DNA from: Phoronis australis
Lineage: Eukaryota > Animalia > Phoronida
DNA length: 64,000 nucleotides
Direction: 5' to 3'
NCBI GenBank assembly: GCA_002633005.1
Contig: NMRA01000012.1
Coordinates: forward strand, 1,925,992 to 1,989,991
In this document: positions 48,301 to 60,300 of the stretch, in pieces
Position numbering within the stretch: the first letter of the stretch is position 1
Layout of the letters: each line of letters starts with the position of its first letter
Program-made: the position numbers and the translations under genes
Notes under the pieces: generated by a model
What the model was told of the DNA's origin: nothing
Database searches by the model: none
Seen by the model: the letters and a program-made list of their open reading frames with translations, nothing else

Positions 48301-51300
48301 GAGTTGCTGCTTGTCGTCAGACCCATACCATTAGCAACAGTCTAAAAGAAATTTAGTCATTTACTGATGTAGGTAACAGTAAGTGTGAAGAGCGTGCAAA
48401 AATCAAACTTAACAGTTAAAAGAGAAATAAACAATGTGAAAGATTTGGACATCAACTCATCACTTAAATAGCCTAGTCTTCATAAAGCAATATTGCAATC
48501 CCCGCTTACCTTTAAAACGTTATAACGACCACTGTCCGTAAAGTCACGCACTATTTCTGTGCTCATATACCAGCCACTGAAGGGTATTGCGGTGAACTGT
48601 ATCCCTCCGCAGTCTAGCATCATGTCACTCACTCCAGGCACGGCAAACCACTTGTATCCAAACTCTTGAAAGCAGGGATACCTGTCAATATCAACGTGTC
48701 TTTTGTATATTACGTGTTGTCTGGAGCAATATTTAAGTCAAGTAATGTGCTTTTCCGGGCATTTCACAAAAATTTGCGAAACTTAAAATCATCATTTGCT
48801 TTAGATTATTTAAACATAAGTTATAATTTCAAAGCACCAACCCATCTGAATGTACGTCAATTGCGTCAAAAAAGGAATATGTGAAACACATTTAAACATT
48901 CAATCTTCATTTTCAAGGCTGTGCCAGTCTTTCTCTGGAAAAAACAAAATAGCTCCAGTTTGCCGTCTATGCTGGAAGTACATAAATGCACTTTTGTTTT
49001 TATCAGATCATATAACATACCCATGGGATCTTTAGTTAGCCTCGAGTCAACGTAACGTACCGCAAAAGAGAGACACCTTGTGAACGAATTACTGTGCTCC
49101 GTTCTTTTTGCAAAATGTAATTACACAAGTGTCAGTTTCCAGAAATCCCAATGACAGAGTTACATTTAGTTGTTAAGACCAGAGGGGAGGATGAAATTTT
49201 ACAAACAAACATTCACTTTAGCACAGTTAACTACTGTTTGGGATTATAGCTTGGGTCGATTACGCCGGGAATGGAGTACTACCAAGACTGTAGTGCCACT
49301 AGAGCACAGTGCCGTGGGTATGGAGTGTCAGCATACATGTAGCAACCCAGGGCATGAGGCACTCGCTGATATGGAATAACCCAGAGCGTCAGTTTGTTGC
49401 TTACTGCGGATGGCATATGTCCACTTCCAGTACAATATCACTGGGCAACTCAAAATATTCGGGATCCTGTCCATTTGCCTGCAGCACCAGCGGCAACACG
49501 TCATGAGGCGTCCCCTTTCCTGACCAGCCAAGTTTCAAGCAAATCTAAAAACATTGCAATTTAAAGTTATCACTGAAGGAAAATTACACACGCTGGCAAG
49601 ACGTTTTTTCTAACATGTCAACAATGTAACAATTTTAGTAGCAATTCAATGTTTTTTCTGTGATTAGTGAGTCAAGTGGTTTCACTGTTCACAGAAAAAT
49701 ATCGTTCGTTTTGGTCAACCTTAATAGTTTGCCCTTCTACGTACCTCGGTGAAAGCTGCTTGTTTAGGGTCGCCAATGACTGTGCCGTCTTCCTGTCTGT
49801 ATCCAGCATACGCAATGAACAGTGGATTCCATATCCGGAAGTCATGCTCACCATCTGTTCTCTGTGGAAACACTGTGATGGCCGATCTAAGAAAGACGTG
49901 GCAAAGTTAACGGCGTATTTCATTCTTTCTCACCACCTAGAACAATCAACTTATTTTAATAAGTGGTGTTTTACCCCTTTAAAAAGGGGTAAAAACACCA
50001 CGCCATGGCAAGATACAACGTTTGAATTAGGTTAGTTATAAACTCCGTCTCATCTTGTTCCGTACTCAACTCAGAACTAATTTCTAAGCTTGAAAAATAG
50101 TTATAGGTCAATATTACTTCAGTCCATGCCCATGAAGTTGTTTGTCGCGGCGGGTTAGTTTCACGAAGGCGAAGTGTAGCAGACTTTCAGATGTTCTATT
50201 GTATCCAATTTCAATTCAAATAAAGGTCAAGAATGGGGTGCCACTGGTTTGCAAAATCAAGTACGACTGTTAAGAAAATTGATTTTTTATAACATCAGGA
50301 TATAGTTTATAACCACTTATCCATTAATTTTCTCTACCATTCAAGCATATTTCTCAAACCATTCCATAAAGTAATAGAACGACTTCCATTCCCAACCGGA
50401 TCATTCGCAGCACGGGTTAATAAAAATAGTTCAAAAAGCCGTCAATTTTATCAAGGATGACCATTCCCTACCCAAATTGAACATTGGCACATGATATGCT
50501 ACTCCTCTTCATGACAGACATCGACTTTTAGGACCAGTGTTTTCAAGTTAATTAGCTCTTTTGCTTTCTTATCTTAAGGTCCTAAGCAGCGAGGAAATGT
50601 CCCTTTAGATGTTCAAGATGCTAAATGTTGCGCCCAAGGAGAAAGATGCTGCTGCGATTGACCAGTTTGGAACAATATCACTGCTGAGTGTAGAAGGGAA
50701 GATGTTCTTTGGGATCCTTGCTAGGAGGTTGACATCCTATCTCTTAGACAACAAGTACATAGACCCATCTGTCCAGAAAGGAGGGATTCCTGGTTTTTCA
50801 GGCTGTGTTGAACATACGAGCGTCTTGAGCCAGCTGATTAGGAGGCCAAGTCGAAGAGGAAAGACCTGACGTGTGTGTGGCTGGACTTAGCCAATGTCTA
50901 CAGTTCCATACCCCACTAGCTGATCAACATAGCATTAGAGTACTATCATGTTCCGGAGCATATCAGTCGCATGTTAACAGATTATTTTCGAGGTATCCAA
51001 TTGAGGTTTACTGCAGGCACCATCACTACAGACTGGATCAAGCTGGAAAGAGGTATAATAACTGGATGTAGCATCTCTCCTACTCTGTTCATCATGGGGA
51101 TGAATTTTCTGATAAAGGCCGGAGAAAGGGAATGTAGGGGTCCGAGGCTACAGTCCGGTATCATGGTGCCTGTAATTAGAGCATTTATGGATGACTTGAC
51201 AGTAACTACGGTGACGCATGTGCAAGCTCGGTGGGTTTTGGCAGCACTAGATGAAGTAGCAACGTGGGCTTGTATGAAGTTTAAACCCAGGAAGTCGAGA

Positions 51301-54300
51301 CTTCTGATAATGAGAGGTGGGAAAGTAGTCAACAGATTTACCTTGACCATTCAAGGCGAACAAATTCCATCAATTGTTAATAACCCCATCAAGTGCCTAG
51401 GTAAATGGTACGATGATCTCCTGTGCGACAAGAACAACATCAAGCTGATGGAGACCCAGGTGACGGAGTGGTTGAAGAGAATAGAGAAAAGCGGTCTTCC
51501 TGGCAAGTACAAGGCATGGATTTACCAGCACGGGCTGTTACCTCGAGCAACGTGGGGNNNNNNNNNNNNNNNNNNNNNNNNNNNNNNNNNNNNNNNNNNN
51601 NNNNNNNNNNNNNNNNNNNNNNNNNNNNNNNNNNNNNNNNNNNNNNNNNNNNNNNNNNNNNNNNNNNNNNNNNNNNNNNNNNNNNNNNNNNNNNNNNNNN
51701 NNNNNNNNNNNNNNNNNNNNNNNNNNNNNNNNNNNNNNNNNNNNNNNNNNNNNNNNNNNNNNNNNNNNNNNNNNNNNNNNNNNNNNNNNNNNNNNNNNNN
51801 NNNNNNNNNNNNNNNNNNNNNNNNNNNNNNNNNNTGAGAAGACTGGGCGAGACAGCTGAGAGGACATCTTGTTGGCTGTGGTACCGTCGGAATGAAGGAA
51901 GTTGGAGGCCTCAGTGATGCACAGTGGGTTGGCCGCCACTGTGGACCCACCAGTGGAGACCGTTATGGTTTAGGGTCGAAACGAGTCGAGGAAGCTGGAT
52001 GCCATCTGACGACATCAAGCTACGCCTCCAACTAGTTAGTGTACGGCGGGTAGAAGAGAATCCTGGTTTAGCTGTTACGAAGAAGGGGCGACAAGACGTC
52101 AGACTACATAGAAGCCTGACAACTATTGAGGCAGATAACATCACTGTAAGTACACACAGAGATGTGGTCTTATTGATGTTATATATACCCCTTGGATACG
52201 GGATGCAAATATTAATAACATTTATATTAAAAGCGAGTGCATGCCCTGCATGACAAGAATTTAAGGTTATCCATTGGGTCTAGAGAAAGTTATGATTAAT
52301 GAAGAAGTGTGCTTAATTTTTATTTCATACATTCAAGGTACATATTTCTAATCAAAATTGTTGATGCACTGGTTATTTGACAATAAAACTGTGTTAAACC
52401 GTCAGGTAAAATGTCTGATGTCAGTTAGTTTATTGGCTCATACCTCTAATAGGAGCTGTGGTCCTACTTGTACTCCGTGACGACAGTCTTCGAATGTTAA
52501 CAGCGAACCTCTTGTATATGTCTATCATTTGGTTCGGAATTTAGGTGATGCCAGCGAAAACCCTAATTGTTGCATTTTTAATAAACTATTCCAAGGTGAA
52601 ATGTGCAATCCAAAAAACGCTTCTCGGATGAACTCTCAAAATCTTTCAAACTAATTCAATTTTTTCTCCTCAGAAATACCATGCATTTTAACTTTATTCC
52701 AGCTTCAACGGACAGGCTCGGTTTTAAGGCCGAGAAACGCATTTTTTATAATTAGTAGCTGGTGCTGACTTCTTGAAATTATTACCTTTGGCCACATATG
52801 TTGTGTTTTTGTATTTTGTTACAATATCGCCAATTCTCAACGTTGGATGACACTTATTTTGTGGAGTCAAGACCGGTAACTTCACCAGGTAAATACCCTT
52901 AAAGTACTCGGCCACTTGCTCACTGGGGTTCGGTTTCATCATCAAAATGTTGGGGAGCTGGAGTTGTGAGTTTTCGATTACGTTTAGCGGTTGATCTCAG
53001 AAAACCATTTACGTAGCCGATAATGATATTTTAAAATTAACGTTTAGTCGTCAGGCAGTCTTATCTGAACACATTCATACTACGACTATATTGAGGGCCA
53101 GCACCATTTGCGACAGCAAAACAGGCCCCAAGCTTTTGAAGCTGCTATCAACCACTTTCTGCTATTACAAACATCAACCTTCTTTATAGACGTGTTTGTC
53201 CTTCAAAACTAAAATCACCCCTTGTTTCCACTGAAATCGTTATACAGTAAACGGCGTGAAATTCCCCTCTCGCGGCTGCTATGGTGTCTGAAACTAAACC
53301 GTTGGGACCAGCAATTTTATCGACCTGGTCTGAAGCAAAAACGACGTGTCAGCTCCTCATATGCTAAAAATTATTTCAAAGACTTTAAGGTAGTAGTTGG
53401 ACTCGAAAACTATTTAGAAATTGATTGTCTTTTAATGCTTTTACACGTCTTGGCTGTGCAAACTAGAAACTGGCTGTGGATTATAAGTGTGTGTACTATG
53501 CTCGAGGAATTATATCGAGAATGAATATCACTTTTTNCCATTTTATTAAGTTTAACCAGAGCTATATGATAAGTAAACGAAATTCTTCAAGTTTTGGGAA
53601 TTTTTATATACATCGACAATCCTCGCAATTGACCTATCGCAAGCTGCGCCCGCTTGCGAAATGTCGATAAACAAACAATAAGTTTTACCCGGTAACGTGT
53701 TGTTTATCGGGTAAAATGGGGGTTTGGAAACGAAGGTGTGTCAAGAATGCTGCGTTCTAATTGGTCGGCTAAGCCGTCACTCAAAATCCAGGTGATAGAT
53801 CAATTGGCTGCCAATCATTCGCTGAAATCAAGGCTAGTGACTTTTTAGTTTGCGAGCACCAAGAACATCGTATTCCCACTTGCTTTAATTTATGGTCTAA
53901 TTACCTAATTATTTACCTAGCAATATCTCTGCCTTTCGGCCAACAACGGTCTCCAAGGTAAGGTATATTTGACAGTCACGTGATTAATATGACCCCGACG
54001 GGGCTCATGCTGCATAGGCGGACTTACCTTATTGTACCTTTATTTGTAGCGTACTTTATGTGGGTGCACAGTGCATCAAACATGACGCCAGTAGTCTTTA
54101 TGTGGCGGGCATCGAATACCTTTTGAGAAAACACAAACTGTTCATCTACGCGTCCTGAATTGCAAAGCTTCAGATCTTGATTTGTAGGCCGTGGTGTAAT
54201 TTCTAAAACCGATTGACTTGTTTACATCAAACTCCAGCCTTATTTACATGTGCACGACGTTTTGTTCGGTCATTTCTCCGGCCATCTTCAGGTGTCACAG

Positions 54301-57300
54301 CGTTATTAGAAGTACGTGCACATGTATCTGGGACGCTCATGGTAGGCGCTTACCCATGTAAATAGGCTAGAGATTCCTGTAACTGGACCAATAGATTTCA
54401 GAAATGATGCTACTACACCAAATCCTGAAGGCGGTTATACAAGGTACCCAAAATGTAAACAGAAACATTCTAATTTTTGAAATGCGACGCACGATTTTTT
54501 TCAGACTATGTACACAGCTGATTCTTTAGCATGCTCCACGGAATGAGCATTTCATTTTCAAATCATACACATTTTCTCCCTCAAAACTGTTCTTTTAATT
54601 GTCCGCCCCTTGGAGCCTCAGCTCTATTCTAAAATCTTCGGGACTGGGCTGTACAATTGGTTGTGTTTGGTGCCAAACCTCGTATTTTTTGTTATTTGAC
54701 ACTTTTATGATTTTATGCACTCTGTTAGCATCTAGAAAATGCCACATCACCGGTTCAATTTTCAAAACAACAGCAGACTAGGACAAACTGCGCACTTCTG
54801 ACGTGTGTAGCATTTGAATGAGAAGGGAAGGCCACCCAACCAGTCAGTAAGCTGAGCACTAGCATACCACAGACGAGCTAACGTGCTATATTGGAAAATG
54901 AATCGATGGACATTATCATACATCAGGTGAGTATCTAACTAGAAGCGAAAAAGTTAGAAAATCCAGAAGTCATGATTTATAATTTTTTCGCATCTGTTTG
55001 GTTATATTGTCCACAGTACTTGTAACTCTGGTGTTATCGAGACATGTGCTTACCTGCAGTTTAGACCACTGCATTCGGCCAATGCATCTTCCCGCGTTCC
55101 GCCAAGCAGTTTTGACACCAAAGGAAAGCTCACTCGAGGACAAATGGTAGGTTCCCGTTTGTTCGATAGAATGTTTGACGGATTTCCATCGTGATTCATG
55201 AGCTGCTGCATCGTATCTGTAAGGCATTAGCCACGGTCAAGGTACGTTTATACAAAATATAAAACAGAGAAAAGCTGGCGGTTTGGGAATTTCCGGGCAT
55301 AGCTCCAATCTGGTTCTACGGATATGTAATGAACCTTAGAAACGTGTAGTTTCCACGCTTTTATTTTTGGCTGCATTGTCGCTAATGACTTCCGGCCAAT
55401 GCTTTTAATCACCTTCAGGACACAGGTCACGAATTCAAAAATGACAACGTTAAGATCCTGCTCAGAGAAAATAATTGGATTCAGGTGTCCAGGAGGATTT
55501 GTTCATCAAATCACTTAATCCCTCACTTAACAAACAAGATGGAGCACGGTTCAAAGTATCGTCTGCTTGGGATGAGAGTTTGTGTGAAGTTACTAACCAG
55601 ACGAGATCTCGTGAGAAGACTGGACACGGCAGTCCCCGACAATTTTCAATACCGTCTTCCCATTGAAGGAAGCGTGACGCCTCCGAGATGCTAGGAATTT
55701 AATTTTGCAAGTAGTCCAGCAGACCAGATTTAAAGGACAATACCACCCTATTTAATTAGTCTTTTCACCGTCTTAGTCGGCCTATATCCACATTGCCTCG
55801 CATACGGTCGAATTATCTTGCCGAGAGGTGTCGCGTTAACCTGTGAGGAAGGTTAGAAACGACAGTGGTTTATCTGCAGAGTGAATGCCGCTTTGTTGCG
55901 GTTCATCGTTCCCGCTTGTCCGAACTATGAAGCTGCGAGGAAAGCGGGTATATCGTTTTTTCGACTTCCTCGAAAGCCCAAAATGCTTAGGACGTGGCTC
56001 GCGACAGTATGAGGCCGTGAAACATCTCCGTTTGTGTGGCCGGCATTTCGTCGACAGTGATTTCTCTGACGAATGCCGGCTTACTAAAGAACTATCCATA
56101 TGTTCTGTTGCCTGTGCATGTTCACGGCGCCTGCCTAGTATTTCTTGATTAGTGTATTCCGGTTCGAACTGATATCATGTGAAACCTAACGATCCACCTG
56201 TGAAGTCTTCGTCGGATGAGCTCTCGTCTAAATCGGGATTTCGAGTTGCTATCAATGATGACGTTTATTATTCTGCGTTCTGTTTCAAAATGAATTATTC
56301 TCACCTTAACCAATGCTTATATAAAACTAAAACAAAGTCTGTCTCATTAGATACAATCTGTAATGCCTTTTGGAGTATTCGTGAGTGCAAATGTTTTGAG
56401 AAGCCAGTAATGAATAAACCACTGCGTTACCGGACTTAGATACACCGAGGCCGTGTGAGCGCATGCTAATTCAGTGTTTGCTGACAGAAAGCTGTAAGAA
56501 ACAATAACTCGATTTTATATGCTATGGTCATATATTAGGGGAATCTTTATTCAGATATACAAATACATTAGTCAAATCATTGTTACTTTACACCTTTTGC
56601 CCTGACGGTTATGTGGAAGAGGAACCTGACTTCGCGGCCCCCGACAAGTAAGTAGATTTTCAGTTTCGTGGCTAATTCACCAAAATAATTACGTGCACAT
56701 NAGTATTTCTTGATTAGTGTATTCCGGTTCGAACTGATATCATGTGAAACCTAACGATCCACCTGTGAAGTCTTCGTCGGATGAGCTCTCGTCTAAATCG
56801 GGATTTCGAGTTGTTATCAATGATGACGTTTATTATTCTGCGTTCTGTTTCAAAATGAATTATTCTCACCTTAACCAATGCTTATATAAAACTAAAACAA
56901 AGTCTGTCTCATTAGATACAATCTGTAATGCCTTTTGGAGTATTCGTGAGTGCAAATGTTTTGAGAAGCCGGTAATGAATAAACCATTGCTTTACCGGAC
57001 TTAGATACACCGAGGCCGTGTGAGCGCATGCTAATTCAGTGTTTGCTGACAGAAAGCTGTAAGAAACAATAACTCGATTTTATATGCTATGGTCATATAT
57101 TAGGGGAATCTTTATTGAGATATACAAATACATTAGTCAAATCATTGTTACTTTACAACTTTTGCCCTGACGGTTATGTGGAAGAGGAACCTGACTTCGC
57201 GGCCCCCGACAAGTAAGTAGATTTTCAGTTTCGTGGCTAATTCACCAAAATAATTACGTGCACATTATTTCTTTGGCTCACTATTATAGTCTTTTCGTGA

Positions 57301-60300
57301 CTGGAGGCTTAGTTTCCAAATAAAGCTAGGTTGATGTTCGTGATGTCCAGTCCCGGCGGCGCGAAGGGCCTGATCGGGTTCCGAGCCACAAGCGTTTTGT
57401 GTGTTTAGAACTGAAAAAAAATCGCAACTCTAGAAGTACAATACACAGCTATGTACTCCAGCCTGTATTTCACGGAAGAATGACTCGAATTTATCACCAA
57501 ACAGACCCAAACTCCCGCGATCGACAATGGTAAATTGGCCAACCGAACTCTGCAGGCTACGGTACGTTCACATACCTATAAATCCGTAACAGTGAAATAA
57601 AACAACACGTTTGAATTTGATGTATTTTTAAGGGGTTTACATCGAATTTTGACGATTTATTGGGGTAAAACGATGAATTCAAGAGATAAGTTGACACCAG
57701 TAAGCGTGTTGTGAACGGCTGAACAGACTGCGTTCGAACCTCTTACGTCATTGGTTAATTTCAACATCTCCGTCTGCCGTCGGGTGTCAGGTAAAACAAC
57801 TGAACTTGCTGTTTTCGAGTGGAACTATTCGATCTAAATTGATACAAAATAGGTTGTTTTTGGGTGCCATTCTCCTTTAATTAGAATACAATGAACTTTC
57901 CTGGATGAATTAACAATTGCATTTTATTATATAATTCGAAAGCAAATTTTTAAATACAAAATAATCTAATAAAGCATTTGCAGTCATCTTTTTAAGGACA
58001 TAAGATATACCTTTTCAGCGACTTGTAGTACAGGCTTATGAAGTCGTGGGCTTCCTCTAAAATCTGTCTTCTTTCTTTGAGATGGTTTTTGGTTGGCGTC
58101 ATATGTGACCCAAGACACGCTGTTGCATCACAACCAACGGGCTGAAAATAGTAGTTTCGTGTATAGCGACGCTCGTTATGCCTGTTACCTTGATCAGACG
58201 TGAAAGTTTTATACAGAAGTCTCGTTTTAAGGCAGATTTAAAACGAGCATTTACACAAGTGTCCTATCTGGATGTGGATAATTAGCATAGTATTTATGAC
58301 CAGAATGTTAACATTTAGGACAATCACGTGCGATTATCATGAACGACGGAGCTTTAACCATAAGTCGCGTCATTGGAAAGCAGTCTTCACGTGGTAAAAA
58401 TGGAGGTCTGCTGCATAGCTAGAAATTTACTAGAAAGAAGGTATCTAGTAACACTTCCGTCCAATATCTGGAGAACGACTTGCATAGATTGAAAATGTTG
58501 GAGTATTTGTTAATTATATGTGAATAAATAATACTGGACCAGGAGCTCAGGGGGAAGCACCGCACGTTGACTCTGTCCCCCCCCCCCCCCGTTTCAGGTA
58601 GACATTATAGTAGCTCGCGATTAAAACAGAGCTATATCTCGAGAAGTCCTGTGAGATCTTGCGTTTTCGCGAGGTTCTCGCGTCTACTGTCGTTAGAGGA
58701 CCAATATCAGGCTCGAATTCAATAAATCTAGTACTTCTTTGGAGCAAGATCTCGCTGGATTCCGCGACTTATCGCAGTGCATTTCAAAGATAGCACGTGA
58801 TTTTGTTTAGATTTAGTAAATGCGCGGATGCCTATTCAAATAACTTTGCAAGCAAGACATGCATTGATTTCAGGGAGACACAACTTTCACAACTACGATA
58901 AAAAACATCTCGGTGGCTTCGTGTGAATCTGAACTATCGATTAGCTCATAATCGATTGATAGACCTTGACCATTTCATGAAGTCAGACCATTGCTTTTAG
59001 CAACCATCCGTTATTTCCGGAGAAATTGCTATTACCTTGCTTGAATTATTCGAAAATATGTATGAAAAATGCATTGAATTGATTAAGTTCTCTTAGCTCA
59101 TCTGTCAATTAAAATGACACGATCAGGTTTATGGCCACCAAAACGCATTTTAGGGGTAATTTTGACATCCTTATGTTATTAGCTTTGGCCAGAGTTATAT
59201 AACAGTAAAAATCTAGTGTGTTTCTGTGATTTTATTATAAAATGAGGCAGTGACCTCACCAAGTGTTTCGACGCTAGACGCCCCTAAATGGCCGCCGTGG
59301 AAGGTGAACAGTGCTTGTCATAGCAGGCCTGGCATGAAAAAAATGAACCAATAATGTATACGAGAAAAAGAAGTCAAAAGCTAAACCTCATTGACTGGTT
59401 AACTTCAAAAGAAAAAGTGTTTTGGAACTAAATCGAGCGCTGGTCTGCCGTGCGAAAGGATTCAAATATACAATCAGAAATACCGAGTTTTCTGAGTTAG
59501 ACAGTGTAGGTTTACATTCATCTCCCGTATTCCATAAATAGTTTTACATTCTTGCTCAATTTTAATTGATTTTAAGTGTAAACCAGAAATTGTTTTTGAA
59601 AAGAGAAGAATAATGTTTCTAGTCTTTCACTAAATAATCTATTGAACTCCTTGTTGAGTCTTGAAAATTCTCGAATGATCTCGTTCACTATAATAATTAT
59701 ACAAAACTATCTTTCGTAAATGGCCAAATCATCTTTGAAACCCCTATAACCTTATAAATGCAACTGCCGAGCCATGTAGGATTTTTGGGGTTAATTATTA
59801 CCAGGTTACGCGACGGGCAAAATAAGTTTGCTCGTAACGCTGTTTTCGAATTCGCAATTTTAGGGTTTGCCAACCTCAATAAATTCTAACTAAGGCGTTT
59901 TCTTGGTTTTGATGTTCTTGGTGGTAAAGGAAATGGAATCTTAGCACGGTAAACGAATAACATGAGACAATTCTTGTTTTTAGCCAGCAAATTTGGATTA
60001 AGTTCAAATTTTAATATAATACAAAATGTTCGCGAAAGTCATAGGGTAAGACTGATCGCTTTGTCGGTCTAATAATATTAATCTCGTTACGCACATCAAA
60101 CTTCCGCAAACATGTTTTCTGTTTCTTTTTTTTTAATTTATGTAGAACTTAAAACAACTCATTCGCACCAAAAGAGGAATCAAATGGCACCACGAACAAG
60201 AAGGCGATACTGTATTAAACAAGGGCTTTGTCTGCACTTGCAGCGGATTCCGTAAACTGGTGAAAAGAGAATTTTTGTTAATTATGCAAGAAACTGAACC

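Noticed and set aside
56137-57265. 565-bp direct duplication giving twin 86-aa ORFs (56179 and 56744)
   Set aside because: The copies abut exactly at a single N (56701) and differ by only a few bases, which is typical of overlapping contig ends or haplotypes. The other copy of the element (33244-34886) lacks the duplication. Likely an assembly artefact, and the ORFs are transposon-internal.
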